Shown here: piece by piece, positions 32,041 through 41,643 of the stretch | Position numbering within the stretch: the stretch's first letter is position 1 | Layout of the letters: every line of letters begins with the position of its first letter | DNA from: Escherichia phage phiSUSP1 | Direction: 5' to 3' (one strand) | DNA: 64,000 nucleotides | Sequence record: KT454805 | The notes under the pieces: generated by a model | What the model was told of the DNA's origin: nothing | Databases searched by the model: none | Seen by the model: the letters and a program-made list of their open reading frames with translations, nothing else | Made by a program: the position numbers and the translations under genes

Positions 32041-34740
32041 TTAATGCACTTCCAACCACGATTTACCGACCTTACCAGTACCAGTTACCAGTGTTTTACT
32101 CTTTAGTCCTAAGTTCTTAGAGGCTTGCCCGTAATACCAATCAGTGACAGCCTTCACCTCTGCCGTCATACTTTCTGGACATTCCCAACTTGTCTCATCG
32201 TGATAGGAGCACAATAAACGAGCACCTATAGCTGGTTTACGACCGTTCAACTTCATCAAACCTTCGTCAATCATACGACGGCAAGCAAGGTTAATTGCCT
32301 CGTTCTGAATCTGGCTTTCCGAACCCATGAGCAAGTAGTTCAACAGTTTGTGTGGAGACTTACACCACAACCATGCTCCAGCAACCTTGACAAAACCACC
32401 TTTAGCAATTGCAGCAGTCTTACCAAATACCTCTTCAAGTGCTTTCTTAGTTGCTTTAAAGTCAGCTTCCAAGTCATCTAACAGTTTCTTAATCTTCGGC
32501 AAACGCACAAAGTAAGTCTGTTTAGTCAATGCACCTTCCTGAGTAGTCGCAGCTTTAATCGTCTTAGCAAACTTCTCATCACCAGCACCAAACAGCAACG
32601 CATAGATGCCATTCTTAGCTTTCTTACGACCTTTACTAATTTCGTGAAGAAGATTTTCATCCTGAGTCATACGACAAGTCAAGATGTCTTGTTCTTCGTT
32701 CAAACTGAAGTAGATACTGTTCAGTGTATGAGCATCAGTGCCTGAGTAAACTACGTACAAATCGTTTTCAGAGTCATAACGCAGATACTTATCAACTTCT
32801 GGATTCAGGTATTCGTCAAAGTGTTTGCAGTAATATCTGCCATCTTCCTGACGGATAAACTCAATCTCTTCTTTACCTTGAGTTACCGCTTTGGTGAACT
32901 CTTTGTCACCCATAAAGTTACACAGCAAAACAAGCTGTGCAGAGTTCATGTCAACGGAAACTACGTTGGTTCCTTCTTCACAAATCCAGACTGCCCTCAT
33001 TGGTTCACCGTAAACAGCAGCCCCAGAAGGTACGTTCACAATCCCGTATTGTGTCATACGTCCAGTTGAAGTACCAAACACCATTGCACCAGCACTCAAA
33101 CGACCATCTGGACGAATCTGGTTTAACCAACCCTTTTCATCATCCTTTGAGTTCTCAATAGTCCTGCGTCGGTGCATCAAAGTGTAGTACTTCGCAATCT
33201 TCTGTCCAAGTTCACCTTCAATCGTATCATAAGATGATTCAGTCAGTTTCGGTGAAGTACGAATCAAGCAAGGCTCAAGCAAATCTGTGTACTTCTTCAC
33301 AGACCAGTTGTGTTCGATGTACTGTACACCTTCATGCTCAACATAGTTCAACCCGCAACGGTCTACCATCTCTTGCCATTTCGGATGTTTACGAATCATC
33401 TTCTTGTTGTCTTTGAAGCGACAAACCTTCACCGGACGACCATCAGAATCTTTCTTGTAGTTCCAGTCATCAGGAATCCAGCCAAGAGTTTTCAGATAAT
33501 CCTTCACAACCGCAACCTGAGTCATGCGTGAAACTTCAAACTCAATTGGTGTATAAGGTGCATCAATCAAACCTGTGTAACGACTTGACTCAAGTTCGAA
33601 GTGGTTTACTACGTGATTGTTGTAGTACTTCACAGTCTTCACAGTCTTAACTGGTTTCCAGTCTTTGCACTTCTTATCAATCGCAGCATTCAACTCGTTA
33701 CAAACTGCACGAGCATCTTTCATTGCCACGAAACCTTCTTTGTACTCTTCTCCAGTAACCGTGTTAGTTGGAGTGTAGCAGTTACGCTTCTCAATGTTGA
33801 AAATCTTGGTAGTTGGTTTACCAAAAGGTTTGATAGCGTAAGTCTGCATCTCACCATTACGAACCTGCTGACGGAACTTAGTTTTTGGATACTTAGTGAT
33901 GCGCTTCAGACCATCTGCTTCACCAAATGTCTCAACGTACTCGTTCCAAGCTTTTGCAAACTCTTCACCAGTGACTTTACCTTTCGTCTTAATAGTCGGT
34001 GGCAGATGAGGCTCAACTTCAGCAGCTAATTCATCAGTCATTCTGTCAAGTTCTTTGACATGGAACTGCATAAGTTCAATATCAGCTTTCCAACCGTTGA
34101 TAGCTTGCTGACTCATCCAGAAAGATGTTTCTTTAGCTCGCATGTAGGTTTCGTAAGTGTCTACACCACACTTCTTCAACTTCAGGTATTCATTATCAAG
34201 AGCACGTTTAGCTTTGGCGTTGATTCGAATATCCTCAACAACACGGTTCAGAATGTCAGCATTCCAGACACCCCACTCTTCAATCTCTGGCTTACGAACA
34301 CCAACACGAGCACCCCATGCAGCCAAACCATGAGCACCTTTGTAACCTTTCGGTGTAGGTCTATCCATCCACTGAACACGAGACTGGATAAGAGAATCCT
34401 GAAAGAAGTCTCCCCAAGGTTTACACTTCGGATTATCAAAGTTCCATAAGTCTGGTGCAATGTGGTTAAACACCCACCAGTCATAGCCAAGACCGTTATG
34501 AATGCAGAGACGTTTTGCCTTAAGAGCAAACTCCACACCTTCACGAAGACCACCTTTGATGTACTTAGTACACTTGTGACCAAGGATAGGTTCATCGGTG
34601 AAGACCCACACAGCAGGTTCGTCACTGTCATCTTTGTAATCTGCAAATGCCATTACGTGTGCTTTTGTGAACTCAAGGAGTAACCCATCAGTTTCGGTAT
34701 CACCTACCAAGTGCAAGTTTTCAAAATCTACGTTTTCCAT
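32041..34740 (-). CDS. DNA polymerase, family A (T7 gp5-like) with 3'-5' exonuclease domain
   Basis: Exo I motif VGDTETDGL at N-terminus; 899 aa. Confidence 0.85.
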   Translation of the reverse strand: MENVDFENLHLVGDTETDGLLLEFTKAHVMAFADYKDDSDEPAVWVFTDEPILGHKCTKYIKGGLREGVEFALKAKRLCIHNGLGYDWWVFNHIAPDLWNFDNPKCKPWGDFFQDSLIQSRVQWMDRPTPKGYKGAHGLAAWGARVGVRKPEIEEWGVWNADILNRVVEDIRINAKAKRALDNEYLKLKKCGVDTYETYMRAKETSFWMSQQAINGWKADIELMQFHVKELDRMTDELAAEVEPHLPPTIKTKGKVTGEEFAKAWNEYVETFGEADGLKRITKYPKTKFRQQVRNGEMQTYAIKPFGKPTTKIFNIEKRNCYTPTNTVTGEEYKEGFVAMKDARAVCNELNAAIDKKCKDWKPVKTVKTVKYYNNHVVNHFELESSRYTGLIDAPYTPIEFEVSRMTQVAVVKDYLKTLGWIPDDWNYKKDSDGRPVKVCRFKDNKKMIRKHPKWQEMVDRCGLNYVEHEGVQYIEHNWSVKKYTDLLEPCLIRTSPKLTESSYDTIEGELGQKIAKYYTLMHRRRTIENSKDDEKGWLNQIRPDGRLSAGAMVFGTSTGRMTQYGIVNVPSGAAVYGEPMRAVWICEEGTNVVSVDMNSAQLVLLCNFMGDKEFTKAVTQGKEEIEFIRQEDGRYYCKHFDEYLNPEVDKYLRYDSENDLYVVYSGTDAHTLNSIYFSLNEEQDILTCRMTQDENLLHEISKGRKKAKNGIYALLFGAGDEKFAKTIKAATTQEGALTKQTYFVRLPKIKKLLDDLEADFKATKKALEEVFGKTAAIAKGGFVKVAGAWLWCKSPHKLLNYLLMGSESQIQNEAINLACRRMIDEGLMKLNGRKPAIGARLLCSYHDETSWECPESMTAEVKAVTDWYYGQASKNLGLKSKTLVTGTGKVGKSWLEVH

Positions 34741-34997
34741 TTTTACTCCCTCTCAAAATCATTGACTCAATACATTACTGCAAAAAGTTTCAAAAAGCAA
34801 GTTGACAATTCACTTGACAAGGTGTTAATCTTTGCGAAGTGGGTTTTAACTTAAAAGACTCCCTTTACAGATTAACTATACAGTTTCTTTAAAACCCTTA
34901 AAAGATTTTTAATAGCTTTTAAGAAGCTTTAAAGTTATACGTATAGAATACGTAAAGAAAACAGATTAAGTTTAATAGGTACTTAAAAGAGGGCATT
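34741..34997. promoter_or_regulatory. divergent promoter region between DNA polymerase and plus-strand replication block
   Basis: two TTGACA hexamers (34802, 34815), TATAGAAT at 34943, and TTAAAAGAC/AAAACCCTTAAAAGA motifs related to the intergenic repeats at 27.7 kb. Confidence 0.4.
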
Positions 34998-35420
34998 ATG
35001 CAGAGAATGTTTGTTCACCCAGACATAGCTGACTTCATGAGAGCTTTAAAAAAGTTGGAAGAACTTGACATTGCTGCTCAAAAGGAATACGCTTACCATC
35101 ATCGTCGAATGGTTGATGTTCAACATGAGATTGAACTCTCCGAAGGCTACGATGAAAGAATGAAATGTTCAGTCTTTGAGCATATGAAGGAGATATCGGC
35201 TGAGAGGCGTAAAGCAAAAGATACACTCTTCTTGATAGATTCTTTAAAAAAGAAGTTGCAAAACGGAACAGACTTAGATAACCTAGCAACACTGATTAGC
35301 GATGTAGAAAGTTCATGGGATAGACATTACTTCCCAAGGTCTGAAAAAGTTCTTGACTTTTCCTCTACAGAGAGCTTAAAGTTATCACGACAAACACTTA
35401 ACAAAATGAGAGAGAATTAA
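34998..35420 (+). CDS. hypothetical protein (140 aa)
   Basis: ORF track. Confidence 0.4.
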   Translation: MQRMFVHPDIADFMRALKKLEELDIAAQKEYAYHHRRMVDVQHEIELSEGYDERMKCSVFEHMKEISAERRKAKDTLFLIDSLKKKLQNGTDLDNLATLISDVESSWDRHYFPRSEKVLDFSSTESLKLSRQTLNKMREN

Positions 35421-35421
35421 T

Positions 35422-36225
35422 ATGACTACTGTAAATGAAATGCTGGCCTCTAAAGGTATCGATAGCAACTTTATGCTGAACACTATTGAAAGCCTTGCTA
35501 TCGTTATGCGTAGCAACACCTTCAGTTCACAAGTAATTCCTGAATCTTATCAGGTTAACGCAGAGATTTCTGATGAGTCAGCATTTCGCTCACAGGTTGA
35601 ACTGCTTCTGAATAACCGTCAACTGGCTCTGGCTTCAGTGGCTGTTGGTGTAGATGCCTTGGCTGGTTATGTCTTTGACAAGATGCAAACTGGCGACTAC
35701 AAAGTTCTCTCTGAAGAAGAGAAAGAAGCACTGCTTGAGTTCACTGAAGACGACACCTTCAACCTGATTATCAACTCAATTGCAAGCGTGATGGCTGTAC
35801 TTGAGAAACGTGTTACAGAAAAACTCCCACACTATGAAAAACTTGATTGGGGTTTTGCAGATATCTTTGAGCGTTCACAGGAAATGGTGAAGCTGACTAA
35901 AGAGCAACTTCAAGAGGTTGTTGACAATGAAGCTGAACGTGGAATTGATGAGATTCAGGTCAAACTGACCGCTCTGGTTCCTTCAATCATCACAGTGATG
36001 AGTATTCACGCTCTGTTCGAAGTTGCAGGTATGATTGATGCACCTATTGAGTTTGTGGAGCAGATTGCTGGTAATGTAAGTGGTGAAGCACTGCGTGAAG
36101 TGATTATGCAAACTGGTGCGGCAGTTCTTCAAGACAAGATTGCCATCCACTTCGGTGATGAATTTGTAGCAACTATTCAGGCTCTGTCTGAAAAAGAAAA
36201 GCTTGATTCTACACAAATTCACTAA
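35422..36225 (+). CDS. hypothetical acidic helical protein (267 aa)
   Basis: ORF track. Confidence 0.4.
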   Translation: MTTVNEMLASKGIDSNFMLNTIESLAIVMRSNTFSSQVIPESYQVNAEISDESAFRSQVELLLNNRQLALASVAVGVDALAGYVFDKMQTGDYKVLSEEEKEALLEFTEDDTFNLIINSIASVMAVLEKRVTEKLPHYEKLDWGFADIFERSQEMVKLTKEQLQEVVDNEAERGIDEIQVKLTALVPSIITVMSIHALFEVAGMIDAPIEFVEQIAGNVSGEALREVIMQTGAAVLQDKIAIHFGDEFVATIQALSEKEKLDSTQIH

Positions 36226-36240
36226 TAGAATTGTTTTCCC

Positions 36241-36266
36241 AAAGCCTCCTTAATTGGGGGCTTTTT
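36241..36266 (+). terminator. intrinsic terminator
   Basis: AAGCCTCC-ttaatt-GGGGGCTT followed by TTTTT. Confidence 0.55.
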
Positions 36267-36285
36267 CGTATGGAGATAAAGGTAT

Positions 36286-37029
36286 ATGAAAAGTATTATT
36301 GCATTTACTGGAAAGGCTCGTTCTGGTAAGGACACTTCCTGCATGTTGACAAAGAACTTTCTTCAAGAAGAAGAAGGTTACAACGTTCACATCTTTGCTT
36401 TTGCAGACAGTTTAAAAGAATCTGCTGCATACATCTTTGGGCTTGACTGGAATGATTTGTATGGCGAAACTAAAGAGACACCTCAAAAGTTCAACTTGAG
36501 ATTCTCTGACTTGTACTTTGCAGTTCAATGTTCACTTGAACAAGTATTCCCACACAAAAACTTACACCTTGACGTTAAGCTATGTGGTGAACTAACTGGA
36601 CGATTAATCATGGAACTGAAGAAGGTTGCTAAACCGACTATCTTAACCAGAATGGGGCTTAGTAAAACTTATAAGTTCTCTTCACGTCAGATTCAACAAA
36701 TCTGGGGGACTGAAGTTGTCAGGAAGGTTCTTGGAGAGAAGTTCTGGATTCGTGACCTTGCTGAAAGGATGGAAAGATTCTTTGAGTCGTGCTCAAGAAA
36801 TAACCAGTATGGCATCGCATTGATTAGTGACTTGCGATTTGACCATGAAGCAGAGTTCTTAAAGTCTTTTGACAGCCAAATCATTGAGGTAAAAAGAGAC
36901 AATCAGGTTAAGGTTTCATCACATAAATCAGAAAATGGAATTTCTACCAAATTTGAACGTGACATTATTCAAAACAATGGTAGTCTTGAAGACCTCGAAA
37001 ATAAGTTGAAAGCTATTATCATTAAATAA
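36286..37029 (+). CDS. deoxynucleoside monophosphate kinase (T4 gp1-like)
   Basis: P-loop AFTGKARSGKDT and C-terminal IQNNGSLEDLENKLK match T4 gp1 blocks from memory. Confidence 0.7.
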   Translation: MKSIIAFTGKARSGKDTSCMLTKNFLQEEEGYNVHIFAFADSLKESAAYIFGLDWNDLYGETKETPQKFNLRFSDLYFAVQCSLEQVFPHKNLHLDVKLCGELTGRLIMELKKVAKPTILTRMGLSKTYKFSSRQIQQIWGTEVVRKVLGEKFWIRDLAERMERFFESCSRNNQYGIALISDLRFDHEAEFLKSFDSQIIEVKRDNQVKVSSHKSENGISTKFERDIIQNNGSLEDLENKLKAIIIK

Positions 37030-37034
37030 GAGAG

Positions 37035-37232
37035 ATGAAGATGAGAGTGAATAATTTAGAAGTTGTTGACCATCGTTCGGTGGAACTCTCATCTCTTTCC
37101 AAGGAAGTTATGATGGAGCGGCTTGAAAGGGTCGCTTCAAGACGGAAAGAGATTGCAGAAGAGATTCACGAGCTAGACAAGATTGAAAATGGCTTGAAAG
37201 CAGAACTAAAACGCAGAGGTGCTAATGTCTAA
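37035..37232 (+). CDS. small hypothetical protein (65 aa)
   Basis: ORF track. Confidence 0.3.
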   Translation: MKMRVNNLEVVDHRSVELSSLSKEVMMERLERVASRRKEIAEEIHELDKIENGLKAELKRRGANV

Positions 37233-39216
37233 AGGTCGTAAATTGAAGGAAGCTGGTAATTTTGTTGGTCATTGTGCTTGCCCTAGATGTGGTTCATCAG
37301 ATGCTGGTTCAATCTATCATCACGACGATGATTCTTATTCGATGACTTGCTTTAGTTGCAACAAAGGTTTTCCAGAGTGGGATTTTGATAAAGGGCAAAT
37401 TGTGAGTACTTATTCTACTGGTTCAGACAATAAAAATCGTACTTTCCGTGGTATGGATTTAGATGATGTAAAAGACAACCTTGAAGCAATGGATTTAAAA
37501 GACCGTAAGATTCCTGCAAAGGTTCTTGACCGTCTTGGTATCAAGGTTGATGTAGATGGTGAAGGTGAGATTGATGCACACTTTTACCCAACTTACAAGA
37601 AAGATGAAAACGGAAAGCTTGAGCATGTGGGTTATCGTGTTCGTCACCGTTATCCAGAAGACCATCCGAAAGAGCATCTTCGTGGTAAGTTGAAAGACTT
37701 CTCCGGTGGCGTAGGGGATATCAAAGGTGAACTGGCAATGTTCGGTTCGTGGATTGCTCCAGAAGGTGGTAACCGTCTATTCATCTGGGAAGGTGAGATG
37801 GAATGCGCTACAGCAATCTACATGACTTCTCTGGCAATTAAAGATAAGTCTCGTCGTAAGAATTACTGCCACGTATCTGTTCCATCAGGTGCAAACATCA
37901 AGTCTATCAAAGACAACTATCAGTACATCACGTCATTTGATGAGATTTACCTGTGCTTTGATAACGATGAAGCAGGTGCAAAAGCCACTAAAGAGGCTGC
38001 TGGTATCCTTCCGATTGAGAAGGTTCGCTTATTCCAGTATCCAGAAGGTGTCAAAGACCTTAACGAATGGTGGACTAAGTTTTATAAAGAGAAAGATACA
38101 GTACTGGAAGGATTTAAACAGCGTATCTATAATGCACCTCGTTACTGCCCTGCTGGTATCAAGAACTTCGCAGATGGTTTTGAGGCAATGAAGAATCGTG
38201 GTCAGATTCCACTGATTCCATTCCCAGAATCTTTCGGAGACTTGAACAGGCTGACTTATGGCGGTTATGGTCTAGGTGAGATTACAACTCTGGCAGCACC
38301 ATCTTCAGTAGGTAAATCAGCTTACACTCGTGAAATGATTTATACTGCTTGGAAGGAAACTGATTACAATATCGGTGTGATTCCTGTAGAAGATACTTAT
38401 GAAGAGTTAATGGAGATGCTTTGTGCGATTCACCTTAGCAAGCAGATTTCAGAGATTCCTTACGATGAACGTAATTGGGATGAAATCAAGGTTGCACATG
38501 CTGAGTTGTCTGCTGGTCGTCGTATTCACATCGTTGACCACCAAGGGGCAATCGACCAAGATAACCTGTTAGAGTTTGTTGACTATCTGGTTAACAGCTT
38601 AGACTGTAAGATTATTATTCTTGACCCTATCACACTGGCTCTGTCACGTTCTGATACGGATGAAGAAGAAGTCTTATCTGAACTGCTGCGTCGTTGCAAG
38701 CGTTACCAATATGCACAGGTAAACGTCTGTCACGTTCGTAAGAGTGCAGGTGGTCAGAAAGCTAACTCTGAAGGTGGTGATATTTCTGAAGAGGATATCA
38801 AGGGTTCTGGAGCATACTTCCAGATTTCCATGAACAACATTCTGTTAATGCGTAACAAGGTTGACCCAGACCCTGTGAAGAAAAACTTGACCAAAATCAA
38901 GTTAACTAAATGTCGTCGTCATGGTAAGTCAACTGGTATTGCTGGTCACACTTGGTATAATCCAGATACAGGCCGTCTTATCAAGGCTGCTGGTAGTGGT
39001 GTTGATATTGATGGTGCAGCAGAGAATATTCGTCAGCAGTTTGGTATTGGTGAAGCTGATGACCACTATGATGATTCTATGCCGCATTATGATGATGAAG
39101 TCTTTGACCGTGAGACTGGAGAGGTTTACACTCAAGAGCAACGTCAAAGTTCTACTATTCCACCAGTATTAAACGAAGACGGAGAAGATGATGACTGCCC
39201 GTTTGAAACTGACTGA
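37225..39216 (+). CDS. bifunctional primase-helicase (T7 gp4-like)
   Basis: N-terminal zinc ribbon CPRCGS...CFSCNKG, central TOPRIM-like region, Walker A GEITTLAAPSSVGKSAY; ORF track start 37219 is GTG, ATG at 37225 more likely. Confidence 0.85.
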   Translation: MSKGRKLKEAGNFVGHCACPRCGSSDAGSIYHHDDDSYSMTCFSCNKGFPEWDFDKGQIVSTYSTGSDNKNRTFRGMDLDDVKDNLEAMDLKDRKIPAKVLDRLGIKVDVDGEGEIDAHFYPTYKKDENGKLEHVGYRVRHRYPEDHPKEHLRGKLKDFSGGVGDIKGELAMFGSWIAPEGGNRLFIWEGEMECATAIYMTSLAIKDKSRRKNYCHVSVPSGANIKSIKDNYQYITSFDEIYLCFDNDEAGAKATKEAAGILPIEKVRLFQYPEGVKDLNEWWTKFYKEKDTVLEGFKQRIYNAPRYCPAGIKNFADGFEAMKNRGQIPLIPFPESFGDLNRLTYGGYGLGEITTLAAPSSVGKSAYTREMIYTAWKETDYNIGVIPVEDTYEELMEMLCAIHLSKQISEIPYDERNWDEIKVAHAELSAGRRIHIVDHQGAIDQDNLLEFVDYLVNSLDCKIIILDPITLALSRSDTDEEEVLSELLRRCKRYQYAQVNVCHVRKSAGGQKANSEGGDISEEDIKGSGAYFQISMNNILLMRNKVDPDPVKKNLTKIKLTKCRRHGKSTGIAGHTWYNPDTGRLIKAAGSGVDIDGAAENIRQQFGIGEADDHYDDSMPHYDDEVFDRETGEVYTQEQRQSSTIPPVLNEDGEDDDCPFETD

Positions 39217-39469
39217 TGCGTATCTTAAGGAGGGCTTTACGCCCTTCTATGAAGAAACAAATTCAGTAAAATTTAAAAAAGAGTGCTTGACTCGTATAGA
39301 CGATTTCTGTAAAGTACTCATCAACGAAGGACATACGGTTGAGTTAGAGCACAGAGAACTTGAGATTGGCCTTGATGGAATCTTAGTTTCTGTTGACAAT
39401 GATACTGGATATATGTTTAAGTTGACTGACAAAACATTTGAATACGAAATTTATCGGAGAGTTGTATGA
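39188..39469 (+). CDS. hypothetical protein (93 aa)
   Basis: ORF track. Confidence 0.35.
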   Translation: MMTARLKLTDAYLKEGFTPFYEETNSVKFKKECLTRIDDFCKVLINEGHTVELEHRELEIGLDGILVSVDNDTGYMFKLTDKTFEYEIYRRVV

Positions 39470-39603
39470 AACATTCTAAAGCGTTTGAAAAAGTATTTGG
39501 CGATTCACTGAAAGCAACTGCTGGTAAATCTGCTGCACACTACGAAGCAAAACGTGTTCGCACTGGTAAGACAGCACGTAAAGCAGCTAAAAAATCTGCT
39601 TAA
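39466..39603 (+). CDS. small lysine/alanine-rich basic protein (45 aa), not in ORF track
   Basis: ATGA start/stop overlap with upstream ORF; GGAGAG RBS; translation MKHSKAFEKVFGDSLKATAGKSAAHYEAKRVRTGKTARKAAKKSA. Confidence 0.3.
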   Translation: MKHSKAFEKVFGDSLKATAGKSAAHYEAKRVRTGKTARKAAKKSA

Positions 39604-39609
39604 AAGTGT

Positions 39610-39638
39610 TTGACAAGGGAGTATGAAGTCTGTAAGAT
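39610..39638 (+). promoter_or_regulatory. sigma70-like promoter (TTGACA, 17-nt spacer, TAAGAT) overlapping an inverted repeat
   Basis: hexamers read directly; GGAGTA...TACTCC inverted repeat spans the spacer and -10. Confidence 0.5.
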
Positions 39639-39688
39639 TGTACTCCTTCAAGTTTGAAAGAAATAATTTTGAGAAAGAGGATTTAAGA

Positions 39689-40540
39689 ATGTCTAAAGTT
39701 GTTAAAATGAAATCTCCGGTAGAAAAATACAATGGTACTGAACGTCAGACTCTGCGTTACTTGCTGAAAGATGTTTGGTTCTACTACCTGAACACTATTC
39801 CACGTCCGGGAAAAGGCAAGTCAGTTGATAAGAAATTCCCAGGCAAAGATTGTAACTACAGCGTTTCGATTCTGGCAAAAGACGGTAACAAACTCTTCAA
39901 AGAGTTCACCAAGTCTAAAAAGAATCCTGATGGTTGGGATAAAGTTACAACTGAAGCAGTTGATGCAGATGACTTCGAAGAGAAGTTTGGTTGCAAACCA
40001 CCATTTGAAGCAGACACTTATCACATTCTGAAAGTAAGTCGTGCTGCTGCTTATAAAGATGGTGCAGTCTGGACAGCGAAACAGTCATTCCCTGTTATGC
40101 TGATTGAAGAAGTTAACGGTAAGCGTGTTGCAGTTAAACAGCCGATGAAGAAAATCAAGGCTCAACATTCTGACAAACACGATGACGACAAAACTTATGA
40201 TGTTATTCACCCAGATATCGCAGTCGGCAACGGTTCATTTGGTAGTGTGATTCTTGCAACTCACTTCTACACTTTTGAAAGCAACGTTCTGACGAAGCCG
40301 ATTCAGGAACAGTTTATCATTGATACTCTGGTTCCGTACACTGGTGGTACAGGTGGTAACGGTGAGCCTGAACTGGATGAAGATGAACTGGCTCTGCTTG
40401 GTCTGGATGGCGTTGAAGATAACGGTGAAATCACCGAAGAAGATGCGAAGGATTCTGAAGATACTAACTCTGACGATGACGACGATGATATGCCAGACCC
40501 AGATGACGACGACGAAGAAGATTTCGATACTGAAGATTAA
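39689..40540 (+). CDS. ssDNA-binding protein-like (acidic C-terminal tail)
   Basis: C-terminus DDDDDDMPDPDDDDEEDFDTED resembles T7 gp2.5-type acidic tail; sits between helicase and exonuclease; start at ATG 39689 with GAGAAAGAGG RBS. Confidence 0.4.
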   Translation: MSKVVKMKSPVEKYNGTERQTLRYLLKDVWFYYLNTIPRPGKGKSVDKKFPGKDCNYSVSILAKDGNKLFKEFTKSKKNPDGWDKVTTEAVDADDFEEKFGCKPPFEADTYHILKVSRAAAYKDGAVWTAKQSFPVMLIEEVNGKRVAVKQPMKKIKAQHSDKHDDDKTYDVIHPDIAVGNGSFGSVILATHFYTFESNVLTKPIQEQFIIDTLVPYTGGTGGNGEPELDEDELALLGLDGVEDNGEITEEDAKDSEDTNSDDDDDDMPDPDDDDEEDFDTED

Positions 40541-40557
40541 TTCTCAGTAGTTACTAC

Positions 40558-40586
40558 AAAGCCCTGTACTTAGTATGGGGCTTTTT
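40558..40586 (+). terminator. terminator-like hairpin
   Basis: AAGCCC-tgtacttagtat-GGGGCTT followed by TTTTT. Confidence 0.45.
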
Positions 40587-40590
40587 CGTA

Positions 40591-41643
40591 TTGGAGATAC
40601 AAATGGAAAAGTACACGTTAACAAAACTCCCAGATACTGTGACACATGTCTTTATTGACTCTGACAGTATTGCTTACAAGGGAGCCTGTGTCGTTGAGAA
40701 AGCAAAGTACAAGTATGTGAATAAACTCACTGCTGAAGAGTCTGATGCCTTTGAAAGTGCTAAAGATGCTAATCAATGGCTATCTGACCAGAGAGTTCTG
40801 ACAGAGGAACTTGGTCTTGCATTCGATGAAGATGAATGGGAAAGACAATCTTGGAAAGAAGCTAAGAGTGAAAAAGAAGCTATTATGGCAACTCAACAAG
40901 TTCTTCAGGAATGGTTGAAGGTTGTCGGGAAAGAGCGAACTTGGATGGGCTACCTTACTGAAAAAGGTGTTCACAAGCATAAAGATATCAAAGGTCTTGA
41001 ACATCAGTATCAAGGTAATCGTAAAGACGCAGTAACACCTACGCATTTAGTTGCTTGTCGTGAGTATCTTCTGTCACGACCTGAGTTTAAGCTCTTACTT
41101 AATGGGTTTGAAGCTGACTCCATTGTTATTGCAAAAGCTGAGAAGATGGGTAAGAAGGCTGCTCTTATGAGTATTGATAAAGACCTTCGCCAAGCGGAAG
41201 GAACTTACTGTATTGATATGACTTACGAGAAAGCCCCTCTGATTTTCATTGCAGATGGTAACGTAGGTGATATTTGGGATTGTCCTATCAAGTCTAAGCC
41301 GAAAGCTAAAAAGACTGTTGGTGTAGGCTTCAAATTCCTCTGCTATCAAGCTGTAGCAGGAGATAACGCAGATAACTACTTTGGCCTTAAGGGTGCAGGG
41401 AAAGTTGCTGTAATGAACGCTCTGGAAGGTAAAGAGACCTATAAAGAGTGTCTTGACGCTATCTATGAACTCTACGCTAAGAAAGAGTCATATACTTATG
41501 AATCGTGGGATGGTCAGGTGATTACAAAAACACCTCTTGAATTAATGCACCAGCACTTCTGGATTGCCTATCAAGAACGTAACCCTAAAGACGATTTCAC
41601 CTTTGCTAAATATGGTTGGGAGCCTGTTATGAATGAAGATTAA
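40591..41643 (+). CDS. 5'-3' exonuclease / flap endonuclease (FEN family)
   Basis: H3TH-like motif AVAGDNADNYFGLKGAGKVA; acidic clusters FIDSDSIA and IDKD. Confidence 0.65.
   Translation: MEIQMEKYTLTKLPDTVTHVFIDSDSIAYKGACVVEKAKYKYVNKLTAEESDAFESAKDANQWLSDQRVLTEELGLAFDEDEWERQSWKEAKSEKEAIMATQQVLQEWLKVVGKERTWMGYLTEKGVHKHKDIKGLEHQYQGNRKDAVTPTHLVACREYLLSRPEFKLLLNGFEADSIVIAKAEKMGKKAALMSIDKDLRQAEGTYCIDMTYEKAPLIFIADGNVGDIWDCPIKSKPKAKKTVGVGFKFLCYQAVAGDNADNYFGLKGAGKVAVMNALEGKETYKECLDAIYELYAKKESYTYESWDGQVITKTPLELMHQHFWIAYQERNPKDDFTFAKYGWEPVMNED

Noticed and set aside
39623-39688. Upstream extension of the SSB-like ORF (track start 39623)
   Set aside because: The extension overlaps the -10 element and hairpin of the promoter at 39610..39638; the ATG at 39689 is preceded by a strong RBS.
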